A stretch of 60,691 nucleotides of DNA, filler included, from an uncultured Methanosarcinales archaeon (GTDB lineage: Archaea > Nanobdellota > Nanobdellia > Woesearchaeales > CAYSVS01), in assembly GCA_964589485.1 (NCBI GenBank). It is 5 parts of 3 records of this genome, joined end to end, with 100 filler letters (N's around TTAATTAATTAA, not from the genome) between each part and the next. Parts side by side here need not be neighbours in the genome. Positions count along the whole stretch, not along the records: positions 1 to 14,903 come from CAZPRK010000001.1; positions 15,004 to 40,132 come from CAZPRK010000001.1; 3 more parts are not named here. One strand, 5' to 3'. The translations under genes were made by a program, and so were the position numbers. How positions within the stretch are numbered: position 1 is the first letter of the stretch; each line of letters begins with the position of its first letter. Of this stretch, positions 9,232 to 19,044 are shown one piece after another. Under the pieces are notes generated by a model. The model saw only the letters and a list, made by a program, of their open reading frames with translations. It was not told where the DNA came from and made no database searches.

Positions 9232-10290
9232 TTACATTATCTCTACAAATTTATCAAACAAAAATTCTGTATCCGTTGGTCCACATTTTGCTTCAGGGTG
9301 AAATTGAACTGCAAAAAAAGGTTTAGTTTCATGTTTTATTCCTTCATTAGTTCCATCATTAGCATTAACAAACCAAGGAACCCAGTTATTTGGTAAGCTA
9401 GTATCGTCTACAGCAAACCCGTGATTTTGGGAAGTAATGTAACATTTTTTTGTTCCTACTTCGATACATGGTTGATTTTGAGATCTATGTCCATACTTAA
9501 GTTTATATGTATTAGCTCCAGCAGCTAATGCAAGTAATTGGCTTCCTAGACATATACCAAATATAGGTTTATCTTGAAGTAAAGCTTTTTTTAAATTATT
9601 TACAGTTTTTTCGCATTTTTTAGGATCTCCTGGTCCGTTTGAAATAAATAAAGCATCATATTCTTCATTTGAAAAATCATAATCCCAGGGTACGCGAATA
9701 ACACTAATTCCTCTTTTCAAGAAACATCTAATTATATTATTTTTAACTCCGCAATCTATAAGTAAAACTTTTTTATTTCCTTTTTCATAAACAATTTTTT
9801 CTTTTACGCTAACTTCATCAACTAAATTTCGTTCAAATGGGTTTTCGAAGTTAATTTTTTCATCTATATATATTTGCCCTAACATTACTCCATGTTTTCG
9901 TAATTTTTTAGTAATTTCTCTAGTGTCGATATCATATATTCCGGGGATGTTATTTTTAATTAACCATTCATGTAAACTTTGATCAGAATTCCAATGATTA
10001 AATTTAAAACTATAATCTGATATTATTAATCCTTGTATGTGTATTTTATTTGATTCAAAATTTGTTTTTATTTTATCTAATTCTTCATTTGATGGAACAC
10101 CATAGTTTCCAATTAAAGGATATGTTAAAACTAAAATTTGTCCTTTGTAACTAGGATCTGTTAATGTTTCTGGATAACCCATCATGCTTGTATTAAATAC
10201 AACTTCCCCTGAAATGTTTTTTTCTGCTCCAAAACTTTTACCAATAAAAGAAGTTCCGTCTTGTAGAATTAATTTACACTCTTTTTCCAT
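9232..10290 (-). CDS. carA: Carbamoyl-phosphate synthase small subunit
   Basis: GEVVFNTSMMGYPETLTDPSY, SNGPGDP, GICLG, QFHPE. Confidence 0.98.
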   Translation of the reverse strand: MEKECKLILQDGTSFIGKSFGAEKNISGEVVFNTSMMGYPETLTDPSYKGQILVLTYPLIGNYGVPSNEELDKIKTNFESNKIHIQGLIISDYSFKFNHWNSDQSLHEWLIKNNIPGIYDIDTREITKKLRKHGVMLGQIYIDEKINFENPFERNLVDEVSVKEKIVYEKGNKKVLLIDCGVKNNIIRCFLKRGISVIRVPWDYDFSNEEYDALFISNGPGDPKKCEKTVNNLKKALLQDKPIFGICLGSQLLALAAGANTYKLKYGHRSQNQPCIEVGTKKCYITSQNHGFAVDDTSLPNNWVPWFVNANDGTNEGIKHETKPFFAVQFHPEAKCGPTDTEFLFDKFVEIM

Positions 10291-10341
10291 ATTAAAGATA
10301 TAAAGAGACTAGATGTGCTTTAAATAGTTTATTGTGTTGTA

Positions 10342-11472
10342 CTATCCAAACATTTTTTTATGGTCAGAATTAGTTTCAGTTTTAACTTTTTCAATTGAGC
10401 TTTTAATATCTTCAATTGATATTTTTGATCTATTTTCTCTTATTGCAAAGTATCCTGCTTCTGTACAAATAGATCTTATTTCGGCTCCACTCATTCCTTC
10501 TATGGATTTAATGAACTTATCAATTTTGAAACCTTTATCAAATTTCATTTTTTTACTATGTATTTTAAAAATTTGTTTAATTCCATCTTTATTTGGTACA
10601 TCTATGCTAATTAATCTATCTAGTCTACCTGGTCTAATTATTGCTGGATCTAAAATATCTTTTCTATTTGTTGCGCCTATAACTTTAATATTTCCTAATG
10701 GTTTAAACCCATCTAATTCTGCTAATAATTGCATAAATGTCCTTTGAACTTCTCTTTCCCCTGATGTCCCTAATTCAATTCTTGTTCCTGCTAATGCATC
10801 GAGTTCATCAATAAAAATTATTGCAGGTGCTTTTTCTCTAGCTAACTGGAATACTTCTTTTACTAATTTTGCACCTTCTCCAATAAACTTTTGTACTAAT
10901 TCACTTCCAACAAATTCAATAAAAGTACTGTTAGTTGAAGCAGCAACAGCTTTAGCTAAAATTGTTTTTCCAACTCCTGGTGGTCCGTATAACAAAATAC
11001 CTTTTGGAGGGGTAATTCCCATTTTTTCAAATAATTCTGGTTTTTTTAACGGTAATTCAATAACTTCTTTTATTTCTTCGATTTCTTTATTTAATCCTCC
11101 TACATCTTTCCATTTTATTGTAGGTTTTTCCATTATAATGAATTGTTCAACATTAAACTTTTTTTGAGAATTGATTTTTTTAATTATTGTTAAATTTTTT
11201 TGTTCAACTAAAACATGATCTCCTGAAATTAATTCTTCGCAACCTTCTGCTAAATTAACCATAAATTGGTTTCCGTTTGGAATTCTTATTATTGCTTGTT
11301 TTTCTAAAATTTCATTTACTTCGCATACCATTAACGGATTTTCTTTAAATTTATTGATTTCTTTTTTTAAATGATCTATACTTTGTTTTAGAATTCTATT
11401 TTCATCTTGTAAATTTGAATTATTTGAAGAATAACTGTAAACTATTTTATTAAAGTCTTCTTTTGAGTTCAT
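10342..11472 (-). CDS. pan: Proteasome-activating nucleotidase (AAA+)
   Basis: N-terminal coiled coil/OB region, GPPGVGKT, IFIDELD, EREVQRT, RPGRLDR. Confidence 0.93.
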   Translation of the reverse strand: MNSKEDFNKIVYSYSSNNSNLQDENRILKQSIDHLKKEINKFKENPLMVCEVNEILEKQAIIRIPNGNQFMVNLAEGCEELISGDHVLVEQKNLTIIKKINSQKKFNVEQFIIMEKPTIKWKDVGGLNKEIEEIKEVIELPLKKPELFEKMGITPPKGILLYGPPGVGKTILAKAVAASTNSTFIEFVGSELVQKFIGEGAKLVKEVFQLAREKAPAIIFIDELDALAGTRIELGTSGEREVQRTFMQLLAELDGFKPLGNIKVIGATNRKDILDPAIIRPGRLDRLISIDVPNKDGIKQIFKIHSKKMKFDKGFKIDKFIKSIEGMSGAEIRSICTEAGYFAIRENRSKISIEDIKSSIEKVKTETNSDHKKMFG

Positions 11473-11495
11473 TAAAGTATTAATATCAGGTTCAT

Positions 11496-11900
11496 TTAAA
11501 AATGTTTTGCTTGATATTGTATTTTACTAGGTATAACGACTTCATGGATGTAAGTTTCAATATTTCTTTCAAATTCTTCAGGAATCCATTCTATTTTTGT
11601 TTCAATTTGAGAATTCCATATAAAAGTTTTAACAACTTTATTTTGTAAAGTTATTACTTGATTTAAATCGTACTCTTTTCCTTCAAAAAAAGTAATTTTA
11701 TTTAAACTTTCATTGTCAACATCTAATAATAGTTTACCTGTAACTTTAGATTTTTTTTTTTTAATTATTCCTGGTATGCCATTTATTCCATATCTAACAT
11801 ATCCTGCAATTGCTGCTTTTTTTGTAATAAACTCATTTCCTGTTAATTCTTTAACAACTTCTGGAAACATTAGAGTTCCATACACAAATAAATCTGCCAT
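11496..11900 (-). CDS. Gamma-glutamylcyclotransferase (AIG2-like) family protein
   Basis: LFVYGTLM motif directly after ATG at 11900; FEG.EY. Confidence 0.85.
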   Translation of the reverse strand: MADLFVYGTLMFPEVVKELTGNEFITKKAAIAGYVRYGINGIPGIIKKKKSKVTGKLLLDVDNESLNKITFFEGKEYDLNQVITLQNKVVKTFIWNSQIETKIEWIPEEFERNIETYIHEVVIPSKIQYQAKHF

Positions 11901-11967
11901 GCTTTTAAAAAATACCAAAAGATTTATTAATTTATTGACAACAATCATAATATTGGAGGGTATTATC

Positions 11968-12504
11968 ATGGAATTAGAAAAAATCACAAAAGATATGACG
12001 ATTGGAGAAGTTATTACTTCACATCCTGAGCTAGTTGAAGTATTTATGGAAGAAGGTGTACACTGCGTAGGTTGTGGTGCAGCTACTTTTGAAACTATTG
12101 AGCAAGGTTTAATGGGTCATGGGAAGTCAGAGAAAGATGTGGATGATTTTGTTGAATCCTTAAATGATGTTATTGTTCCTGAAAAAAAAAACGATGATTT
12201 AATTATTAGTGATAAAGCTATAAATAAAGTTAAAACATTGGTGGAAAAAGATACTCAGGGATTAAGAATTAAAGTTGTAGATGGTGGTTGTTCTGGTCAA
12301 AAATATGTTTACCAGTTAGATGAAAAAGCTGATAAAGATGAAGTTATTGAAAAAAATGGCGTTAAATTTATTGTTGATGAAACATCTATGGCTAAATTAA
12401 AAGGATCTAAGTTGGACTATGATGATGGATTGAGTAATGCTGGATTTAAAATTGTTAATCCTAATGCAAAAGCAACATGTGGTTGCGGAGTAAGTTTTAA
12501 TTAA
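11968..12504 (+). CDS. DUF1858-like domain fused to HesB/IscA A-type Fe-S carrier
   Basis: GGAGG SD before ATG 11968; ITKDMTIGE...HCVGC N-domain; GGCSG...NPNA.ATCGCG.SF C-domain. Confidence 0.9.
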   Translation: MELEKITKDMTIGEVITSHPELVEVFMEEGVHCVGCGAATFETIEQGLMGHGKSEKDVDDFVESLNDVIVPEKKNDDLIISDKAINKVKTLVEKDTQGLRIKVVDGGCSGQKYVYQLDEKADKDEVIEKNGVKFIVDETSMAKLKGSKLDYDDGLSNAGFKIVNPNAKATCGCGVSFN

Positions 12505-12505
12505 A

Positions 12506-12769
12506 ATGGCTAAATTATTTTTTGATGGTGAATCTAAGGAATTAGAAGATGGAGAAAAAATACAAGAAACTGCAGAAGATTTAGGTATTCCTTTTGGTTG
12601 TCAGAATGGGGTATGTGGAACGTGTAGAATTAAGGTTATAGAAGGAAAAGAAAATTTAACTGAACCAACTGATGCAGAAATTACAATGGGTTTGGATTTA
12701 GAAAATAATGAGAGATTGGCTTGTCAATGTAAAATTAAATGTGGAGAAGTTAAATTAACTGAAACATGA
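12506..12769 (+). CDS. 2Fe-2S ferredoxin
   Basis: CQNGVCGTC...RLACQ. Confidence 0.93.
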   Translation: MAKLFFDGESKELEDGEKIQETAEDLGIPFGCQNGVCGTCRIKVIEGKENLTEPTDAEITMGLDLENNERLACQCKIKCGEVKLTET

Positions 12770-13380
12770 AAGTTCTTTGTTTATTATCTGGTGGGATAGA
12801 TAGTCCTGTTGCTGCATATAAAATTAATCAAACTGTGTCTGAAGTATCTTATATCCATTTTCAAAATAATACTGTTGAATCTAATTTTGTGGAAGATAAA
12901 ATTATTCAACTTGTGGAATTATTACCTGATGGGAAATTATTTATAGTTCCTTTTGAAGAAATACAAAAACACATTATTATGTCTGTTAGATCTGACTATA
13001 GGATGTTGCTTTATAAAAGGTTTATGCTTAGAATTGCAGAAAAAGTAGCAGAAAAAGAAAAAATAACTGCTTTGGCAACAGGAGATAGTTTAGCTCAAGT
13101 TGCTTCTCAAACTGTTGAAAACATTGAAGCTATTTATTCTTGTGTAAATCTTCCTATATTAACTCCTTTACTGGGAATGGATAAACAAGAAATAGTTGAT
13201 GTTGCAAGAGAAATTAAAACATATGAAGTTTCTATTTTGCCTTATAATGACTGTTGTAGTTTATTTATTTCAAAATCTCCTCAAACTAAAGCTAAAGAAA
13301 CTGATTTGATGAATTTTGAAAAAAATTTAGAAGTTAACAAATTAATAAATAATGCAATTAAAAATGTTATTTTGAAATAA
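12766..13380 (+). CDS. thiI: ThiI-type tRNA sulfurtransferase, PP-loop domain only
   Basis: LLSGGIDSPVA, TGDSLAQVASQT, PL.GMDK.EI, DCC; no THUMP domain. Confidence 0.85.
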   Translation: MKVLCLLSGGIDSPVAAYKINQTVSEVSYIHFQNNTVESNFVEDKIIQLVELLPDGKLFIVPFEEIQKHIIMSVRSDYRMLLYKRFMLRIAEKVAEKEKITALATGDSLAQVASQTVENIEAIYSCVNLPILTPLLGMDKQEIVDVAREIKTYEVSILPYNDCCSLFISKSPQTKAKETDLMNFEKNLEVNKLINNAIKNVILK

Positions 13381-14029
13381 TTATTAATCCTTTAATACTT
13401 TTAGTCAAAATTTTTGGTTTTTTTCTAACAATTAATGTGTCTTCGATTCTCATTCCTAATTTATTTTTAATATAAATTCCTGGTTCTATTGTAATTGCTT
13501 CATTCATTTTAATTTTATGTGTTGATTTGTGTGAAACTCGGGGCAATTGATGTATTTTTCTTCCAACGCCATGTCCTAAAGAATGAATAAAATATTTTTC
13601 ATATTTGCCTAAAATTCTTCTTGTTTCTTTACACAAATCACCGTAATTATTAAATTTATTTAAATTCTTAATAGATTCGAGTTGAGATTTTAATAATAAA
13701 TTATATAATTCTTTTTCTTTTTTACTTGGTTTTCCGATGTAAATAGTTCTGGTCATATCTGAGCAATATCCTTTATATCTTACACCCATATCAATTACGA
13801 TAAACCCTTCTAATGTTCTATTTGTAGGTATGTGGTGAGGGGATGCTGCATTTTCTTTTGCAGCTACGATTGGTGGAAAACTTGGTTTCAATTTTCTGCT
13901 CCTGATTTCATTTAGAATAAATCGTTCCATGTCTTTTTCAGTTTTAAATATATTTATGTTTTCAATAATTGAAGTGAATATTTCATCTGTGATGCTACAT
14001 GCTTTTTCTATATTTTTTAAATTATTCAT
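13367..14029 (-). CDS. M24-family Xaa-Pro aminopeptidase (catalytic domain only)
   Basis: IDMG...SDMTRT, HSLGHGVG..IH, TIEPGIY, RIED. Confidence 0.92.
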   Translation of the reverse strand: MNNLKNIEKACSITDEIFTSIIENINIFKTEKDMERFILNEIRSRKLKPSFPPIVAAKENAASPHHIPTNRTLEGFIVIDMGVRYKGYCSDMTRTIYIGKPSKKEKELYNLLLKSQLESIKNLNKFNNYGDLCKETRRILGKYEKYFIHSLGHGVGRKIHQLPRVSHKSTHKIKMNEAITIEPGIYIKNKLGMRIEDTLIVRKKPKILTKSIKGLIIISK

Positions 14030-14030
14030 T

Positions 14031-14903
14031 TTATAATTTGTTTTTTTCTATTAGTGTGTTATAAAAAGATAAACTAACAACTTCTTCTGATATGTCTTTT
14101 ACATATCTTCTGATGTCTTGTAAATGATTTACAATTATTTTGTCTTCTATTTTACTAAGTTTTTCTTTTATTCCTTTGTCATCTTGGAGTTCATATATGT
14201 TTTTATTTTTTCCTATGATGAATTTTGTTGAACTCATTAATTGATTTTTGATTTTTTCAAGTATTTGGTCAAATGTAATTTTTTTAATTTTATTTTTATT
14301 TAAATGCTTAGCTAAATAATACAAACTATCTCCTGTATTTTCTAACTTTTTGCTAATTAAGAAAAATGAAGGTATTTTTATGGTATTTTTTATGTTGGAT
14401 GAGTGTAAAACATTAGAATCTATTAAAGCTAATGAAATTACTTTTGTTAATAGATGATATAGTCTGTCAATTTCTTCTTCATTTGTACGCATTTCTTTAA
14501 TATCTACACCCTCTACTATATTTTGTATGCAATTATCTATTATTAGACTTATTCTAAAAATGGTTTGTTTAACATCAACTTTTAATTTATCTAAGAAAAC
14601 TTTTGCTATGATTTTTTTATTATCTTCATATACTATTTCTGTCCCGCTCATATAACTCATTACTTTTCTTATTTCTGTTTTTACATCTTTGTTGATTTTA
14701 GTTTTAGAATAAAATGTTATTTTTTCAATTCCTATATAATATAATCCAAATAAAATTTGTTTAATATTTTTATATTCATCAACATTAAATTCAATTTCTT
14801 GCAATTCTTCTTTTTTTTCTTCTCCTATAATTAAAGTTTTATCTCCTTTTTCACTTATTGTGACTTCGTCTTTTTCTTTTAGTTTATTTCTTGTTACCCA
14901 TTC
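14031..14903 (-). CDS. AbrB-PhoU phosphate-uptake regulator (5' end lost in gap)
   Basis: Frame is open back to the gap (EWVTRNKLKEKDEV, AbrB-like); EEEIDRLY and LENTGD PhoU-like motifs. Confidence 0.75.
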   Translation of the reverse strand, partial: EWVTRNKLKEKDEVTISEKGDKTLIIGEEKKEELQEIEFNVDEYKNIKQILFGLYYIGIEKITFYSKTKINKDVKTEIRKVMSYMSGTEIVYEDNKKIIAKVFLDKLKVDVKQTIFRISLIIDNCIQNIVEGVDIKEMRTNEEEIDRLYHLLTKVISLALIDSNVLHSSNIKNTIKIPSFFLISKKLENTGDSLYYLAKHLNKNKIKKITFDQILEKIKNQLMSSTKFIIGKNKNIYELQDDKGIKEKLSKIEDKIIVNHLQDIRRYVKDISEEVVSLSFYNTLIEKNKL

Positions 14904-15003
14904 NNNNNNNNNNNNNNNNNNNNNNNNNNNNNNNNNNNNNNNNNNNNTTAATTAATTAANNNNNNNNNNNNNNNNNNNNNNNNNNNNNNNNNNNNNNNNN
15001 NNN
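14904..15003. other. Artificial contig spacer
   Basis: N44-TTAATTAATTAA-N44, stops in all six frames. Confidence 0.99.
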
Positions 15004-15644
15004 ATTCAACAAGAATTTCAAAAAGAAGAAGAGATTATAGGGGATGTTATGGACATGGTATTTCAAGAGTTCCTAGAAAAATTACTTCTAGAAGAGGTAC
15101 AAGGATGAATTGGGTTGGTGCAGAAGCTCCTGGAACCGTAGGTGGAAGAAGAGCTCATCCGCCTAAAGCTGAAAAGAATTGGAAAAAGAAAATTAATGAT
15201 AAAGAAAGACGTAAAGCAATTAGATCTGCTTTATCTGCAGTTATGTTAAAAGATTTAGTAATTAAAAGAGGTCATAAATTACCTGAAACTTATCCTTTTA
15301 TATTAGATAATGAATTTGAAAGTTTAACAAAATCCAAAGATGTAGTAGATATATTAACTAAGCTTGGATTTGAAACTGAACTTAAGCGTGCAAGTGAAAA
15401 AAAAGTTAGACAGGGAAGAGGAAAATCTAGAGCACGAAAATATAAACAAAAGAAAAGTATTTTGTTTGTAGTAGATGATGACTGTAATTTATTAAAATCA
15501 GCGAGAAACATTTCAGGTGCAGATGTTGTAAAAGTAAGCGAATTAAATACAGAGCTATTAGCTCCTGGTGCAGATGTTGGAAGATTAAGTTTGTTTAGTC
15601 AAGCTGCAATTAAAAAAATTCAGGAGAAAAAATTATTTATGTGA
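15004..15644 (+). CDS. rpl4: 50S ribosomal protein uL4 (5' truncated by gap)
   Basis: GHGISRVPR, PGTVGGRRAHPPK, LLAPG. Confidence 0.96.
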
Positions 15645-15901
15645 TTATTATGAAATTATTAAAATATCCTATATCAACAGAAAAGGCAATTCGTCTTGTA
15701 GAAGCTGAAAACAAATTAGTTTTTGTGGTAGAGAAATCAACAACAAAACGTGAGATTTTAGATGAATTTGAAAAAGTGTTTAAGGCAAGAGTAGATAAAG
15801 TAAACACATATATTGACAGAAAAGGTAAAAGAAGAGCTTATATTAAATTAAATTCAGAAAGTCCTGCTATTGATATAGCGACTCAATTAGGGTTAATATA
15901 A
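15641..15901 (+). CDS. rpl23: 50S ribosomal protein uL23
   Basis: PISTEKA...NKLVFVV...VNT...AYIKL; operon position. Confidence 0.96.
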   Translation: MIIMKLLKYPISTEKAIRLVEAENKLVFVVEKSTTKREILDEFEKVFKARVDKVNTYIDRKGKRRAYIKLNSESPAIDIATQLGLI

Positions 15902-15902
15902 A

Positions 15903-16631
15903 ATGGGAAAAAACATAATTTCACAAGCAAGAGGAAAAGGAGGTCCTACATATAGGGCCCCTAGTTTTAGATATAAAGGAAGAGTTAAAAATAGAACTTT
16001 ATCTGAGGAAACTATTTCTGGTAATGTTGTAGATTTTATACATTGTCCTGGTCATAGTGCACCTTTAATGATAGTATCTTATAATGATGGAGAATTTGTA
16101 TTAGTTCCTGCACCTGAAGGAATTGCTTTAGGTGATGAAGTTTCATGTGGAAGTGATGTTCAGCTTAGAACTGGTAATACTTTAAAATTAAGTGAAATAC
16201 CAGCTGGAGTTTTTATATATAATATCGAACAAAACCCAGGAGATGGTGGGAAATTTGTAAGAAGTTCAGGATGCTCAGCAAAAGTTGTTAGTAAAACTGG
16301 AAATAAAATTATGATTGAAATGCCTTCAAAAAAACAAAAAGCTTTTGATGGAAAATGTCGAGCTACTATTGGAGTTTTAGCTGGTGGTGGTAGATTAGAA
16401 AAACCTTTACTTAAAGCAGGTATTTCATTTTATAAACATAAAGCTAAAAATAAATTATGGCCAAAAGTATCTGGGGCTTCAATGAATGCTGTAGATCATC
16501 CTTTTGGAAATAAAAGAAGTTCAAGAAAGTCAAAGGCAAGACCTATATCAAAAAATGCACCTCCTGGAAGAAAAGTTGGACAAGTTGGTGCTAGAAGAAC
16601 TGGACAGAAAAAAGGTTCTGTCGTAAGGTGA
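15903..16631 (+). CDS. rpl2: 50S ribosomal protein uL2
   Basis: MNAVDHPFG, PPGRKVG. Confidence 0.98.
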   Translation: MGKNIISQARGKGGPTYRAPSFRYKGRVKNRTLSEETISGNVVDFIHCPGHSAPLMIVSYNDGEFVLVPAPEGIALGDEVSCGSDVQLRTGNTLKLSEIPAGVFIYNIEQNPGDGGKFVRSSGCSAKVVSKTGNKIMIEMPSKKQKAFDGKCRATIGVLAGGGRLEKPLLKAGISFYKHKAKNKLWPKVSGASMNAVDHPFGNKRSSRKSKARPISKNAPPGRKVGQVGARRTGQKKGSVVR

Positions 16632-16635
16632 AAAA

Positions 16636-17019
16636 ATGGCTAAAAAAGAATATACTTATCGTGGATTAACAGTAGAAGAGTTAAAGAAACTTGATGTTAA
16701 AGAGTTTTCAGAGATTGCAGTAGCTAGAGCAAGAAGATCTTTGAATAGAGGATTTACTGATGCTCAAAAAGCATTATTAGAAAAAATAAAAAAAGGAAAT
16801 AAAAATATTAAAACTCATTGTAGAAATATGATAATAGTTCCTAGTATGCTTGATGTTACAATAAAAGTACATAATGGTAAAGAGTTTCAACCGGTTTTAA
16901 TAATTCCTGAAATGTTAGGACATTGTTTAGGTGAATTTGCATTATCAAGAAAAAGAGTTGCACATAGTTCTCCAGGAGTTGGAGCAACTAAATCAAGCAG
17001 TTCGGTGAGTGTCAAATGA
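16636..17019 (+). CDS. rps19: 30S ribosomal protein uS19
   Basis: KTHCRNMII, HNGKEF, MLGHCLGEF. Confidence 0.97.
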   Translation: MAKKEYTYRGLTVEELKKLDVKEFSEIAVARARRSLNRGFTDAQKALLEKIKKGNKNIKTHCRNMIIVPSMLDVTIKVHNGKEFQPVLIIPEMLGHCLGEFALSRKRVAHSSPGVGATKSSSSVSVK

Positions 17020-17474
17020 GCGAATATAATTATTCAACAAAAGCATATGATACAGAACATATGGCAAGGGCAGTTGGTAGGGATTTAGGTTTATCTACAA
17101 AACAAGCTATCGAAATATCTAAGCATCTGAGAAATCAAAAATTAGAATTTGCAAAAACATTTTTATCAGACGTAATTGCAATGAAGAGACCAGTTAATTT
17201 TACTAGATTTAACATGAACGTTGGTCATAAAACAAAATCAGGTCCAGGAAGATACCCTGTTAAAGGAAGTTCAATTATTTTAAAATTATTAAACTCTGTT
17301 GAGAGTAATGCTCAATTTAAAGGTTTGAATACAAGTGACCTTTATATTAAAGCTATAATTCCGCAAAAAGGTGCAGCTCAGTATCGTTACGGTAGGCGAT
17401 TTGGAAGAAAAATGAAAAGAACTCATCTAGAAATTGTTGTAGAAGAAAAGTCTACAAAGAAGGAGAAAAAATGA
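17016..17474 (+). CDS. rpl22: 50S ribosomal protein uL22
   Basis: GRYPVK, NAQFKGL, THLEIVV. Confidence 0.96.
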   Translation: MSEYNYSTKAYDTEHMARAVGRDLGLSTKQAIEISKHLRNQKLEFAKTFLSDVIAMKRPVNFTRFNMNVGHKTKSGPGRYPVKGSSIILKLLNSVESNAQFKGLNTSDLYIKAIIPQKGAAQYRYGRRFGRKMKRTHLEIVVEEKSTKKEKK

Positions 17475-18328
17475 TAGAAAGACAATTTGTAAATCAAAAT
17501 TTGAAAGAATTTAGAATTCAAGAATATATTAGTGCAACTTTGGGGAAGGTTGGACATAGTCATACTAAACTTCAAAAAACTCCTTTAGGTGAAAAAATTA
17601 TAGTTTATGCTTCAAGACCTGGCTTAGTTGTAGGTAGAAAAGGTATGAATATTAAAAAATTAACAACAACATTAAAGAAAGAATTTGGGTTAGAAAACCC
17701 GCAGATTGAAATTAATGAAGTAGAAAATATAAATTTAGATGCTCAAATTGTTGCTGAAAGGATCGTTAGTTCTTTAGAAAAATTTGGAACTCAAAGATTT
17801 AAGGGTGTTGGACATAAAGTAATCCAAGATGTTATGAATTCAGGCGCTTTAGGTGTAGAAGTTTTAATATCTGGAAAGGTTCCGAGTTCAAGAGCAAAAA
17901 CATGGAGATTCTATAATGGTTATTTAAAAAAATGTGGAGATGTTGCTGATACTATGGTTGATGTTGCAGAGTCTCAAGCTTTACTTAAAACAGGAGTTGT
18001 TGGTGTTAAGGTAAAAATTATGTTGCCTGGAACAGTACTTCCTGATAAAATACATATAAGGGAAGAAGAAGACGATGAGAAAGAATCTAAAACTGAAGTA
18101 GCTGAAGAAGTTACTGAAGAATCTGACAAAAAAGTAATTGATGATACTGAAAAAGATAAAGTTGTTGAAGAAGAGTCTAAGGCTGAAGAAGTTGAAGAAC
18201 CTGCTAAAGAAGTAATTGATGATACTGAAAAAGATAAAGTTGTTGAAGAAGAGTCTAAGGCTGAAGAAGTTGCTGAAAAAGAATCAACAGATGAAACTAA
18301 AAATAAGGAAGAAGTAAAAGATGACTAA
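17471..18328 (+). CDS. rps3: 30S ribosomal protein uS3 with acidic C-terminal tail
   Basis: KH domain RPGLVVGRKG, GALGVEVLISGK; E/D/K-rich tail. Confidence 0.97.
   Translation: MIERQFVNQNLKEFRIQEYISATLGKVGHSHTKLQKTPLGEKIIVYASRPGLVVGRKGMNIKKLTTTLKKEFGLENPQIEINEVENINLDAQIVAERIVSSLEKFGTQRFKGVGHKVIQDVMNSGALGVEVLISGKVPSSRAKTWRFYNGYLKKCGDVADTMVDVAESQALLKTGVVGVKVKIMLPGTVLPDKIHIREEEDDEKESKTEVAEEVTEESDKKVIDDTEKDKVVEEESKAEEVEEPAKEVIDDTEKDKVVEEESKAEEVAEKESTDETKNKEEVKDD
18132..18272 (+). repeat. 63-bp exact direct repeat (period 78 bp) in the uS3 tail
   Basis: 18132-18194 identical to 18210-18272; encodes VIDDTEKDKVVEEESKAEEV twice. Confidence 0.95.
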
Positions 18329-18524
18329 GATAAAAGCTAAGGATTTAGTAAGTTTGAAAAAAGAAGAACTTGAGAAAAAATTAGATGAATTAGGTATGGA
18401 GATTATGAAAGAAAATACTCAAGTGGCTAGCGGAACTAGTCCAAAAAATCCAGGTAAATTTAGAAATGCTAAAAAAAATGTTGCACGAATTAGAACTATT
18501 ATTCGTGCGCAGGAGAATAAATAA
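18321..18524 (+). CDS. rpl29: 50S ribosomal protein uL29
   Basis: NPGK...KKNVARIRT; operon position. Confidence 0.95.
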   Translation: MTKIKAKDLVSLKKEELEKKLDELGMEIMKENTQVASGTSPKNPGKFRNAKKNVARIRTIIRAQENK

Positions 18525-18832
18525 TGGGAGATGTTTGCACTCAATGCGGATTACCTTCGGAACTTTGTGTTTGTGAAACAATTGCAAAAGAATCGCAGGA
18601 AATTGTCGTAAAAACAATTAAAAAAAAATTTAATAAAGTGTATACTGAGATTACAGGTATTGATGATAAAGAAATTGATTTGAAAGATGTTGCAAAAAAA
18701 CTGAAATCAAAATTCGCATGCGGGGGAACAGCAAAAGAAAAAAAAATCGAACTTCAAGGGGATCATAAACAAAAAGTTAAAGAGTTTTTGATTGAGCTTG
18801 GATTTTTACCTGAGACCATAAAAGTACGATGA
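18524..18832 (+). CDS. Translation initiation factor aIF1 (SUI1 homolog)
   Basis: CGLP.ELCVCE, LKSKFACGGT, IELQGDH. Confidence 0.96.
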   Translation: MGDVCTQCGLPSELCVCETIAKESQEIVVKTIKKKFNKVYTEITGIDDKEIDLKDVAKKLKSKFACGGTAKEKKIELQGDHKQKVKEFLIELGFLPETIKVR

Positions 18833-19044
18833 AAAAAGAACTCATAGGAAAAATCGCGGAAGTGATTGACTCAAAAAATAAGGTTAACATTGGCATTAAA
18901 GGTGTTGTTGAAGACGAAACCAAAAATACAATTAAAATTGGCGGAAAAATATTGCTGAAAAATATTGTAAGTTTATCGGTTTTTAATCAAACAATTCACG
19001 GAAATGTTATAAACAAAAGACCGGAAGAAAGGATAAAAAAATGA
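18829..19044 (+). CDS. rnp1: Ribonuclease P protein subunit p29 (Rpp29)
   Basis: ELIG...GIKGVVEDETKNT...RPEERIK; operon position. Confidence 0.9.
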   Translation: MKKELIGKIAEVIDSKNKVNIGIKGVVEDETKNTIKIGGKILLKNIVSLSVFNQTIHGNVINKRPEERIKK

